This document shows, in pieces, positions 1-10,639 of a stretch of DNA of 64,000 nt. How positions within the stretch are numbered: position 1 is the stretch's first letter; the number at the start of each line of letters is the position of its first letter. The position numbers were made by a program, and so were the translations under genes. The notes under the pieces were generated by a model, which was given only the letters and a program-made list of their open reading frames with translations, did no database searches and was not told where the DNA came from. Source of the stretch: Eledone cirrhosa (taxonomy: Eukaryota); contig OZ024743.1 of assembly GCA_964016885.1 (NCBI GenBank), forward strand, positions 83,514,001 to 83,578,000, in the 5' to 3' direction.

Positions 1-139
1 TCATCAACCGACTCTCCCTTTTTAAGTATAATATCAACCAGGTGGGACGTATATCTGTTTTCTAATTAGTCCTGTCCCCTCTTTCTTCACTCTAAAACCA
101 GATGGTGATGGTGATGGTGGGATATTTCTGCTGTGGCAG

Positions 140-140
<1 letters not shown>

Positions 141-194
<54 letters not shown>

Positions 195-200
195 CATATA

Positions 201-274
<74 letters not shown>

Positions 275-368
275 CATACATACATACATACATACATACA
301 TACATAACTACATACATACATAAATATATACATACATACATACATACATACATACATACATACATACA

Positions 369-452
<84 letters not shown>
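141..452. repeat. Compound microsatellite (TA)n/(TACA)n
   Basis: Direct reading; the overlapping ORFs are YI/MYVC repeat artefacts. Confidence 0.98.
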
Positions 453-453
<1 letters not shown>

Positions 454-454
454 C

Positions 455-639
455 TCAAATAAGGCTTAGAACTGACGAAAGGGAAGATCGCAGTAAAGTA
501 TTTTAAAATAAAGAAACCTTAAAAGCGTCTCACCCCAGAGGCAAATATTTTGTCAAGGGATCTAAATCCATAAGGCTTAACAAATTTTCCTTTTTACTGC
601 AGTTTCACAAGCTAAAAGTCAATTCTGAGCCTTATTTGA
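455..639. repeat. Imperfect inverted repeat, probable Penelope-like tail remnant with an HHR 3' half on the minus strand
   Basis: tcaaataaggcttagaactgac (455-476) matches the reverse complement of gtcaattctgagccttatttga (618-639) at 20/22; the minus strand at about 590-607 reads GAAA-ctgcag-TA. Confidence 0.55.
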
Positions 640-737
640 TATAGTTCTATATTTGTATTCATAAGCTTCTCTGAATTATGTTCTAAGCAATATTATTCAA
701 TGAGATGTAATATATATTTCTGACTAATTTTTTAATA

Positions 738-894
<157 letters not shown>

Positions 895-924
895 AGTGTG
901 AAGAGCAAACACAAAAATATACCT

Positions 925-1075
925 AATTATTTTTCAAAGTCTCGACTTTACAGTTTCGCCGATTGGTATGCAGCCAAAGTGCATCTAAAGTGCACTGGGG
1001 TGGTGAGGTTATTGGCTTGTCAAGCGATCCCTCAATGAAAGGGCAATTTCCTGAACTGACCGCTACCAGTGAATA
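925..1075 (-). mobile_element. Probable Penelope-like tail fragment with an HHR 3' half
   Basis: Minus strand reads ...ggc GAAA ct-gtaa-ag TC gagac; no CUGANGA seen; bracketed by microsatellites. Confidence 0.35.
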
Positions 1076-1534
1076 ATACATATACATATATATGCATACA
1101 TACATAAATATGTAGCTGCAAATCCACGACCTGTCAACTTTACTGGAACTGGAACCAATGTATACTGCTGTTGTCATCCCTCACACGAATACTTATGTTC
1201 TTCGTATTTTAGGATGTTCCTTTCTTTTAATTTCACCCTCCCCCTCATATTATCTTCCCAAGGCACAGTTAGCTAAACATCCAGGTCGTTCTTGACAATG
1301 CTATAAAGTCTAAACGTTGGATCGTTGTAGCAATATGGCTCGGAAACACAGGAGTTTTCTCTACGATCCACTTGTAGCTCCCAATCATTGGCACCTAAGA
1401 GACGTTCTGGGTACCGACTTTACTTTGTTTACCCTCCTATGTTGTGCTCATTACTCATCCCTGTGGAAGGCAATAGGGTGCAAGCATGCATTCGTTCCTT
1501 GCAGTAACACTGTTGCATTGGTGTTGTAATGCAT

Positions 1535-1580
<46 letters not shown>

Positions 1581-1730
1581 GTACATATGTATATATATTG
1601 GAAAATGTATGAGGTCGTTGGTACAGTTAGGTATATTTGAAAAAAAGAAAAAGAATGACTTCACTTGTAATTCTAAATAATTTGATTTAATTTCATATTA
1701 TAATAATATGAGTCGGTACCAACTCATAAA

Positions 1731-1925
1731 TTGGCAGTATCGGTAGAGGGTCGGACATGCTTTCAGCATAGTTACGTTCCTTTACGATCTTCCAGCATAG
1801 TTACGTCCCTTTACGATCTGAGTTCAAATCCGGCCGCGGTTAACTTTGCCTTTCATCCTTAAAATAAAGTACCAGTAATGTACTGGATAATTGCTGGCCT
1901 TGTGCCTAAAATATAAACAATTATT
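1731..1925 (+). mobile_element. tRNA-derived SINE, octopus OK/OR-like, with an internal 28-bp tandem duplication
   Basis: A-box-like tggcagtatcggtag, B-box gagttcaaatcc, body aactttgcctttcatcctt...aagtaccagt...tactgg; cagcatagttacgtYcctttacgatct occurs twice; family match is from recall. Confidence 0.75.
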
Positions 1926-2002
1926 ATAATATTATAAAATTAAATCAAATTATTTAGAACTACAAGTGAAGTCATTATTTTCCTTTTTTTCAAATATATT
2001 AT

Positions 2003-2162
2003 ATGTTTTATATTATCTTTGGTATATATACACACCACAACAGAAACATATATATATATAAGAAAAGAAAGAGAAAATGCAACTGGAGGCTTTTAAAATT
2101 GAGATGGAGGGCTTGTGTTTCTGTTGTGGTGTGTATATATACCAAAGAAACATAAAACACAT
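2003..2162. repeat. Inverted repeat (arms about 45 bp) of a dispersed repeat also present at 3350-3475 and 5960-6070
   Basis: ctttggtatatatacacaccacaacagaaaca pairs with tgtttctgttgtggtgtgtatatataccaaag; the spacer carries gaaaatgcaactg, shared with 3356 and (reverse) 6056. Confidence 0.7.
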
Positions 2163-2214
2163 GTGCATAGATATCGGCAGATAAACATATATACATGGTT
2201 TCATAAGTCGATGC

Positions 2215-2337
<123 letters not shown>

Positions 2338-2360
2338 TCCCGGGTTCAATAACATCAAGT

Positions 2361-2460
2361 TTAATATAGAAATGTCTTCTACGGGACTAGAACAGTTTCA
2401 TTCAAAATAAATCATCTTTTTAATGAAACACTGTTAGTCCTGTAGCCATTTCTATATTAA
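2361..2460. repeat. Degenerate fold-back palindrome containing HHR 3' halves
   Basis: ttaatatagaaatg...gggactagaacagtttcatt pairs with aatgaaacactgttagtcctgtagccatttctatattaa; the left arm on the minus strand reads GAAA ctg-ttc-tag TC. Confidence 0.6.
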
Positions 2461-2461
2461 A

Positions 2462-2501
<40 letters not shown>

Positions 2502-2572
2502 TTTAATATAGAAACCTTTGTTCGTACTGCCTCTCTGTTTTGTTCCCGTTCCATTTTTCACTATATATATAT

Positions 2573-3274
2573 ATTAACGAAGCTTTAGTTTGCGGCCAAG
2601 CTAACGAATGCAAATTCGGTATGTAGTTTTAGCACTCGAATGGGAATAGTACCCCAGAGTAATAACAATACGTTTAGACAGCTTAGCAAATCAAATATGG
2701 CGATCGGCAGTCCAGCCGCATTACCACAGCAACGAGAATGGTTGGACTCAGGAAAAGATTTTAGACTGACCTGGACACAACGGCGAGACCGAATGCAGCA
2801 TAAAATGCATATCGTATAGCATACGATATACATCACATACAACACACAACATCAGCGCTAGGTTTCTGCAAATCCAAGATCGACAAATTCCGCTTGCAGG
2901 AGTCTGCAAGTTAATGGTCTTTGACGACAGAACAAAGGATTTACTTCTTCAACAAGTCTTGTGTTCTTTAGCCTCTGCGGGTATGTTCTAGCAGTAAATT
3001 TCGCTATAGACACGTGGTTTTCTCCAAGGGAGGTAACCCCCCGTTTTGGCGGTGAATTCGAAATTTGAGACAAAAGAATGAAATTCCCTTAGACAAACCG
3101 AATTAACCACTCAACCAGAAGTTATCAAATAAACATAAACAATTAATCAATCAATAGAATTATCTAATTAAATTAATCAGTTAATCGTTAATTCTAGGAG
3201 TTAAAATACAAATTTTAGTACAGCATTAACGAAGCTTTAGTTTGCGGCCAAGCTAACGAATGCAAATTCGGTAT
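2573..3274. mobile_element. Non-coding 652-bp unit with exact 50-bp terminal direct repeats; possibly a DIRS/Ngaro-type terminal-repeat remnant
   Basis: attaacgaagctttagtttgcggccaagctaacgaatgcaaattcggtat at 2573-2622 and 3225-3274, flanked by (TA)n; class assignment is tentative (motifs aatttcg...cacgtg and aagggaggtaac). Confidence 0.6.
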
Positions 3275-3349
3275 ATAGCTTATATATATACATATATTAC
3301 GAAGTAAGGTATTTTAAAATGTCCCACACGTGTAAAAATATAAAGAAAA

Positions 3350-3475
3350 GTAATTGAAAATGCAACTGAAGTATTTTAGAAATATTTATTTACTTTACCG
3401 TTTCACAGTTTTAATGTTGATCAAAAGTAAAACTGAGATGGGGGGAGGGGGTTGTGTTTCTATTGTGGTGTGTCT
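3350..3475 (-). mobile_element. Dispersed repeat fragment (Penelope-like tail?), homologous to 5960-6070
   Basis: Minus strand ccccccatctcagttttac...aaaactgtgaaacggtaaag...aaataaatat...cagttgcattttc aligns by eye with the plus strand at 5971-6068. Confidence 0.55.
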
Positions 3476-3726
3476 CATACATATATAAACAAGTGTATTA
3501 ATGGAAAAATGATACTTCTTTCATAAAAAAATCTTTATTTATTCCCTTCCATATGTTTCGAATGAGATATAACCTCCAAACATTCGAAATGCTGGTAAAT
3601 TTTCATATAGTCATGCCCATCTCCATATTTAGACATAAACTTTCGTCAAATCGGACAGAGGAAGCAATGTTTCCATTGGTCTTTCCAATTGCTAATACTA
3701 TCTATCGGTCGCAACTCCAGGTAGAA

Positions 3727-3845
3727 GGAGCAATGTGAAATAAAGTGTCTTGCTCAAGGACATAACACATCGCCCAGTCCAGGAATCGAACTAACAACCT
3801 CATGATTTCGAATCCAGTTCTCTTTCCAATCAGCCACACGTCTTC
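3727..3845 (-). mobile_element. tRNA-derived SINE head with CORE-like segment
   Basis: Minus strand: A-box tggctgattgg, B-box gttcgattcc, then tgtccttgagcaagacactttatttcaca. Confidence 0.75.
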
Positions 3846-4169
3846 ACAAATAGATATATGGCTATATAGTCATGTCCATCAATATATTTAGATATATAGC
3901 TATATAGTAATATTCATTCTCCTCTGAGAGAAACATTTACTGTGTGAATTTTGTCACTGAAATATCAAGATTACCTTAAGCTGAGATGTTGTATATTAAT
4001 CAAACATCTTATGTACAGAGTTTATTTCGACAGAATAAGTTTTTCCCCCGGTTTTGAGTTATTCCTTTCTCTAAAAAACTGGCAATTACATAATATTATT
4101 TTAATTCTTTACTTTCCTTCAAGAGTTGTTAGTATAGTTCTACCTTTCATATATCTTTTATCGCATTAA

Positions 4170-4257
4170 CAGTCTGATGAGCAGATCTATACTGGAGTCG
4201 GGTCCATAACTCCTCTGGGTCACCTTGAGCCAATCCTATGCGAAACGCGCGTAACAG
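4170..4257 (+). ncRNA. Type I hammerhead ribozyme motif with an enlarged stem II domain
   Basis: CTGATGA (4174-4180), gca...tgc closing stem II, GAAA (4242-4245), palindromic stem III cgcgcg, GUA triplet; stem I cagt/acag has a mismatch. Confidence 0.7.
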
Positions 4258-4313
4258 GTCGATACGCTGAAATTATTTTTCACATGTAAACGCAACTTCC
4301 TCGTTTTATGTAT

Positions 4314-4450
<137 letters not shown>

Positions 4451-4490
4451 AAATGAATAAAAACACCGAGGATTAAATTACATTAAATCA

Positions 4491-4556
4491 TTTAATTGAT
4501 TTACGAACGTTTCAATCAATACAATAGGAATATTCATTTCTCCTGCATTGATCTCT
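4491..4556 (-). ncRNA. 5'-truncated hammerhead motif (stem II, GAAA, stem III and GUA present; CUGA lost)
   Basis: Minus strand: GA gatcaatgca...tgtattgatt GAAA cgttcg TA aatc. Confidence 0.5.
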
Positions 4557-4560
4557 TTTT

Positions 4561-4852
<292 letters not shown>

Positions 4853-4856
4853 TATT

Positions 4857-5118
4857 TGACAATACAACAGAACAAATACGAATAAATAAGGAAAATATGT
4901 TTATTCAAAAATATAGACCAGCATTAAATATGGTTTAATATACATTATGTCAACACCATAACATGCTAACCATCCAAACAGACACATACACACACACATA
5001 ACACCTGCTACTTTAGAAAATAAAAACCCGAACTAAATAAACCTTAACATACGTTTGCGCTGACAATACAACAGAACAAATACGAATAAATAAGGAAAAT
5101 ATGTTCATTCAAAAATAT
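4857..5118. repeat. 58-bp direct repeat with 204-bp period, followed by diverged CA-rich tandem units to about 5480
   Basis: tgacaatacaacagaacaaatacgaataaataaggaaaatatgttYattcaaaaatat at 4857 and 5061. Confidence 0.85.
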
Positions 5119-6085
5119 TCCTACTAACGGATCAGTTTCCTACACACACACACACACACACAATATATATATATTCTCTTCATCTTAACATGCTAACCAT
5201 ACTCCCACACCCACATAACACTCATACACACACATAACACCCCCCCCCCCCCCACACACACACAACTCCCTCTCCCATTTCAACTAATAGAATCACTTTC
5301 CTACACACATATATACACACACACAAAATATATATATTCTCTCCATCTTAACATACTCCCACACACACACATAACACCCATATACACAAACACAACTCCC
5401 TCCCCGATTTATACAAATAGAACCATCTTCCTATACACATACACACACACAAGCACACAAATAAACATACATATCTTTACTTTCTTTATTTCAATAGAAA
5501 ATCTGAATTCTGACACCCCAGCGAACTAACCATATTCACTGAACCAGAACAATTCTCCCACCCCATTTCTCTTGACCATTATCTTTTGCTTGTCATAAAA
5601 GTCTCTAAAAAGGCTAAAAAATATATTTCCAAATACGGGCGCGAAATTTAATGAGAACTTGTTCACGTGACAACCATAATTTCATTTATTACCAATCAAA
5701 TTACGTTTATTAAAGAAAAGCCTTCGTGAGCCCCTTTTTTTTTTAGGTAAAAAGAAATTCAAACACTCATATATGAAAAAAAAACCTGAGGCCCCCCCCC
5801 CCCCCCCGCCATGTTTGAAGAAGTTTGTAACGCGAACTGGCGCGAAATTTATTATACTTATTGACCAACCAATCAAATTACTTCTCTAAAAACCTGGCGT
5901 TTCGAGCCACTTTTTTCGATATAAAACAAGTAACATTCAAAGACCAACCAGATGTGAGAAAAACCACAGACCCCCCATCTCAACTCTACTTTAGAAAACT
6001 GCGAAACCGGTAAAGGAACCAAATAAATATATAGATTTTTAAAAAAATAAGACTCCAGTTGCATTTTCGATTTCAACTTTTTTTC

Positions 6086-6130
<45 letters not shown>

Positions 6131-6135
<5 letters not shown>

Positions 6136-6732
6136 CATGTCACCAGTTGGTGCTACTGGTAACATGTATCCCAGTACAACCTGTCCCATGGTCGGGTCGT
6201 TGACGACTAAACTGGCAACCCCACCAAGGTTTCTTGGTGAGGAGGGTGACTTTGGATATCCTGCAGGACTAAAAACAAAACCTGTCAAAGGGCAAAGGAG
6301 CTCTTAAGAGTCAATGGCCATCCAAAATCACCGGGAGAGATGACCCCTTAGCCTTTGTCAAGGCAGAATTCTAGGAGAAGGAAAACTCTGATATAGTACC
6401 TGCAACCCTGATGGTATCCAATGATGTTGACTTGCTCTTCTTTTTGGTAAATATCATCTTGGTTAAGAGAGTGGGACTGGCTTTGTGCAGTGCCTTTGCT
6501 CACTATAAAACCTTCACGGTACAGGCATTGCTTTATATCTGGAGATCTCTCTGCACTTGTCATCACATGGTACCATGGGCCCAGCACTATGTGTCACAAG
6601 TGCAGTGTTTGTACCAGAGTTTTCAAGTCGCTGGCTGGACTAAAAAGTCACACTTGTTCAGCACATCGGTAGGGGTTCTCCTACGTGGATATAATGTAGT
6701 GGCCGTACTCGAAAACGAGTTGGCAGCCACCA
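6131..6732 (+). mobile_element. Internally deleted (non-autonomous) RTE-clade LINE derivative: 5' UTR joined to the 3' end
   Basis: RTE 5'-UTR-like ctaggagaaggaaaactctga (6371-6391); C-terminal C2H2-like CSVCTRVFKSLAGLKSHTCSAH-stop (6601-6672); terminal hairpin actcg-aaaa-cgagt before the (TA) tail. Confidence 0.6.
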
Positions 6733-6764
6733 TGTATATATATTTATATATATATACATGTGCA

Positions 6765-6948
6765 TAAGGATACAGGATAAAGATCCCATAACTCCTTGTG
6801 GAGTCGTAGAGGCACCATTATACGGCGTGTCTAGGACACTTTTAAACTCGGCGGAATCTAGCCTCTCCAGGTCTGAACGCAGCCGATTTTTTCTATAGAG
6901 GAAGAATCGACCCCCAGTACAGGACTGGTACTTTTTTTTATCGACTTT
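6765..6948 (-). mobile_element. SINE 3' portion, octopus OK/OR-like
   Basis: Minus strand gtcgataaaaaaaagtaccagtcctgtactggggtcgat; aagtaccagt...tactgg is shared with the SINE at 1731. Confidence 0.6.
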
Positions 6949-6964
6949 TATGTATGTATACATA

Positions 6965-7495
6965 TAACTTATATAACCAGGTCATGTCTAACTTAATACA
7001 CCCCACGTGATAGAGTCTTTTAGATCATGTTTCGCACGTCTGTCATAATTTGGACACTATGGCCCACTCTAGTAAAGAGTTGTTATTTTCAGAAACATAT
7101 CCAGGTGTAGGGGGTTTGTCTGGGTTTTCTTGAATAAATCTGTCCAGGGAATTGTTGAGGTTTATGCGGTCTGTTTCCGTTTTGATGTACTTTTGTATGA
7201 TATTAAAGGGTGCTGGACCGGAAGTGAAATAGTTGTGTTGCAATGTTGTTATGTTGCGGGTTCGATTTTTGTAGTCGGCGGACACCACGGGGACCAAGCG
7301 TTGTGTAGTTTTTAAAGTTGATGACAACATCATTTGGACAATATTGGTGGAATATGTTCCACATCATACAAATAATGTAGCCCTCACGGCAGCGTTGGAG
7401 AGAGTAGTGTTTGAGTTTTACTAGTTGACCCCAATAGTCAAGGCCTGTCATGACGTCTATCTTTTTTGTTATTGAACTTGGAGAGCTTCTATTTT
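6965..7495 (-). pseudogene. 3' end of a CR1/L2-group LINE ORF2 (frameshifted) plus 3' UTR
   Basis: ORF pieces GLDYWGQLVKLKHYSLQRCREGYIICMMWNI and GPAPFNII...LDRFIQENPDKPPTPGY...NSLL resemble the C-terminus of APE-type LINE RTs. Confidence 0.75.
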
Positions 7496-7543
7496 CATGA
7501 TATTTTGTTTCGTGCTGTTGATCATCCAGTAAAGCTGGTTTGA

Positions 7544-7623
<80 letters not shown>

Positions 7624-7977
7624 TAGCAGTTTAGCCCGGCGTTGCTCGGGTTTGTTCATTTGCTATGAAAAGTTACATACAGGTAAACGTGGCTTGAAAG
7701 CGAATAAGCTTATCAATTATGTGCATAAAGCAGTTGAACTGGTTATTAAAAGTTACGAACCAATTAGTATTTTGGACAATCAATGATGGGTTAATAATCT
7801 TCCAATAGCGAATTTAGCAGACCAAAGTTGAAAGATTGTGGCCTTGATGCCGCTGGGTGTCAGATCTGTCCGCCATGGGTGACCCTACCAGGAAATAGTT
7901 TTCCAGACGGCATAACTCCAACACCTCCAACACCTGCACCAACATCTAGAGCACCTCTTTGTAGACGATATTGCCTG

Positions 7978-8214
7978 TTATCCATTGAGGAGTATAAGAA
8001 AAAAGTTCCCTACGCGGGAACAGGCAATGTAAAGTTGGCCATGGGAGAAGCATGGCTCCCCCAAATGGATGCCCGCCACCGACAATGTTTGCCCTTGTGA
8101 CTTGTTAATGGACATGGCAAAACATGGTCTCACCGGGAATTGGGATCGCCGGAAATCGAACGGGATATCTGACGCCGAGGGGAAAAGGTTCATCCTTGAC
8201 AGTGTATTCAGCAT
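7978..8214 (-). pseudogene. PIF1-family helicase C-terminal fragment (Helitron RepHel remnant)
   Basis: FRRSQFPVRPCFAMSINKSQGQTL...CFSHGQLYIACSRV corresponds to PIF1 motifs V and VI. Confidence 0.9.
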
Positions 8215-8427
8215 AATTGCCAGAAGTACAACACTATGGGTGTTGTCATATTAATATTTAATCAATGAAAGTTGTAAAAAATAAATAATTTAAACATTGC
8301 GATTCATATGTCTGTAGCTTTAATCTGTTATATGAAGTGTTATTTTGCGGGTTATTATTTGCAATAAGCCGATTTAAAATACCCCAGAAAAGCCGTATGT
8401 CAATACGGAACTCCAATGACTCCCCCA

Positions 8428-8681
8428 GCAGTTAAATTATAGATAGGGGGGAATAATCTATTATAGAGAGAGGGAAGAGCGATGGAGAGAGTAAAGCTAA
8501 GAAACTATAGGGAGGTGTGTAAAATAGTGTTGTCATATAGAGAGGGAAGAGCGACGGAGAGAGTAAAGCTAAAAAATTATAGGGAGGTGTGTTAAACCTC
8601 AAAGCATGAAGAGAGTAAAGCAGTTAAATTATAGAGAGGGGAATGATCTATTATAGAGAGAGGGAAGAGCGACGGAGAGAG
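8428..8681. repeat. Purine-rich minisatellite inside the Helitron
   Basis: gagagggaagagcgaYggagagag three times; agcagttaaattataga...gggaatRatctattatagaga twice. Confidence 0.8.
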
Positions 8682-8980
8682 CGTTATGACTATGTTTGTT
8701 GTTGTATAAAATGATGTGTTGCTTAGTTTTCAAAGTTTGTGTCGCGTACCTGAACGAAGTTTTGTCGCTGTTGGGTAGTAGAGAGAGTGGATAAGAGTGT
8801 AAGAGAGAGGGTTACAGCATGTATTTAGTTTTATAGATTTTTTCATAGAAGTAGGACATTTTGGCCAAGTTTATTACGCGTTGACCATCGTTGGTAAATT
8901 TGGAGCACATTGGGAAAAAAATCGGTAGAGAAATGTGGAAATTCATAAAAATCATACACACACACAGACAGATATCTTCC

Positions 8981-9094
<114 letters not shown>

Positions 9095-9515
9095 CAAGTA
9101 GAAGGTTAGTAAAATTGAAGTTATGGCGGTGACCAAGCTAACTGCTTATACAATTAGGTTTGCACAACCACTCGATAAGGATGTATCGATAAATTAATAG
9201 GCTGCACTTTCGAGTAATTAATATACGTTAGATAGCGTGACAAATTGAAGACTGCGGCAAGGGGTCCTAGCCACATAATACACCAAAGCAACGAAAATAC
9301 AAACAGGTTAGATAGCAAACATGGACCGTATCGAAGGGTATTATGCAATACCTACGATAGGTTTCTATGAATCCAAAATCAACGAACCTACTTGCGCAAT
9401 ACGCAAGTTTGTAGTATTTGAAGACCGAAACGCGGACCTACGTTATCAACAAGTTTCCGTTCTGTGCCACAAACCGGCGTGAAGTGTTGCAGTAGGCCGC
9501 TACTAATAGCAGCAG
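9095..9515. mobile_element. Repeat fragment distantly related to the 2573-3274 element
   Basis: ccaagctaac...aattNggt...cactcga is colinear with 2595-2639. Confidence 0.4.
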
Positions 9516-9519
9516 TCAC

Positions 9520-9621
<102 letters not shown>

Positions 9622-9673
9622 AGATAGATAGCTATGTGTGAGGGGGTTATACATATATACGTGCATCAACACA

Positions 9674-9707
<34 letters not shown>

Positions 9708-9819
9708 TAAGAGGAATTCCAGCTTTGTCTGATTTACTCGTTTTATTTACAATACTTTAAAATATATAATGGTATTATAATGAAATAGTATGATAGAATA
9801 TTAAATTCTAAGTGTTAAT

Positions 9820-9858
9820 TGAACAAGTACTTTCATGCTTTCGCAATCTTCAGGTTCA
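9820..9858 (-). ncRNA. Mirror copy of the 9932-9970 hammerhead motif
   Basis: Identical sequence on the opposite arm of the palindrome. Confidence 0.65.
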
Positions 9859-9931
9859 TAATATGTGGTGACAGTCAAGTTTGCAATTTTCAACTGTTGA
9901 AAATTGCAAACTTGACTGTCACCACATATTA

Positions 9932-9970
9932 TGAACCTGAAGATTGCGAAAGCATGAAAGTACTTGTTCA
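9932..9970 (+). ncRNA. Minimal type I hammerhead ribozyme motif
   Basis: Stem I tgaac/gttca, CTGAAGA, stem II t-tgc-gaaa-gca-t, GAAA, palindromic stem III gtac, CUU triplet. Confidence 0.65.
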
Positions 9971-10117
9971 ATTAACACTTAGAATTTAATATTCTATCAT
10001 ACTATTTCATTATAATACCATTATATATTTTAAAGGATTGTAAATAAAACGAGTAAATCAGACAAAGTTGGAATTCCTCTTATTAATATAATCTTCTATA
10101 CACAATCATACACACCC

Positions 10118-10175
<58 letters not shown>

Positions 10176-10208
10176 TATACAATTATCAAAGTTGTGTTCA
10201 AATCATTT

Positions 10209-10260
10209 AATAGCTGACAATCGTTTCTTCCAAACTCTCGTTTGGAATCATCGGAGCATT
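10209..10260 (-). ncRNA. Type I hammerhead ribozyme motif with CCGAUGA core variant
   Basis: Minus strand: aatgct CCGATGA ttccaaac-gaga-gtttggaa GAAA cgattg TC agctatt. Confidence 0.7.
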
Positions 10261-10639
10261 ATCAATGTTTGTACATGTAATTAACCTCCTATTCAACTGA
10301 ACAATAATATAGATACATATATATTGATGTTGTGAGCAACAGTTTCGTATTCACAGGGTGGAATGGATGTGACATATATTTTCCGATAATTGTACAAAAA
10401 TTAAAATTAAAATTAAAATTAAAAGCACAGAGTGTAATACATGCAACAGATAATACAAGAGAATAGTCCAATAATTAAAGAGGCATTGTGAAAGGAGCTT
10501 TGAGAAAGAAAGAGTTCATTAGCAATACATATGCATGTGTGTAGAAAGTGCACATGCGTTAGACATATATATGAGAAGGAAATAAGCAAAGTTATTATGC
10601 ATCTATAGATAAATAAATACTGTATTTTGCTTAAAATAC

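Larger units (their letters stand above)
9700..10090. repeat. Near-perfect 391-bp palindrome (arms about 195 bp, centre at 9895); inverted Penelope-like tail
   Basis: The arms are reverse complements with two mismatches seen; centre caac-t-gttg. Confidence 0.95.

Noticed and set aside
5118-5480. Tandem hammerhead-like units on the minus strand (GATGAAGA...GAAA)
   Set aside because: The core is not CUGANGA and stems I and II do not pair
9400-9505. Tyrosine recombinase C-terminus, or a hammerhead (ttgaagaccgaaacgcg)
   Set aside because: No recognisable catalytic motif in the minus-strand frames checked; no stem II can form between the putative core boxes
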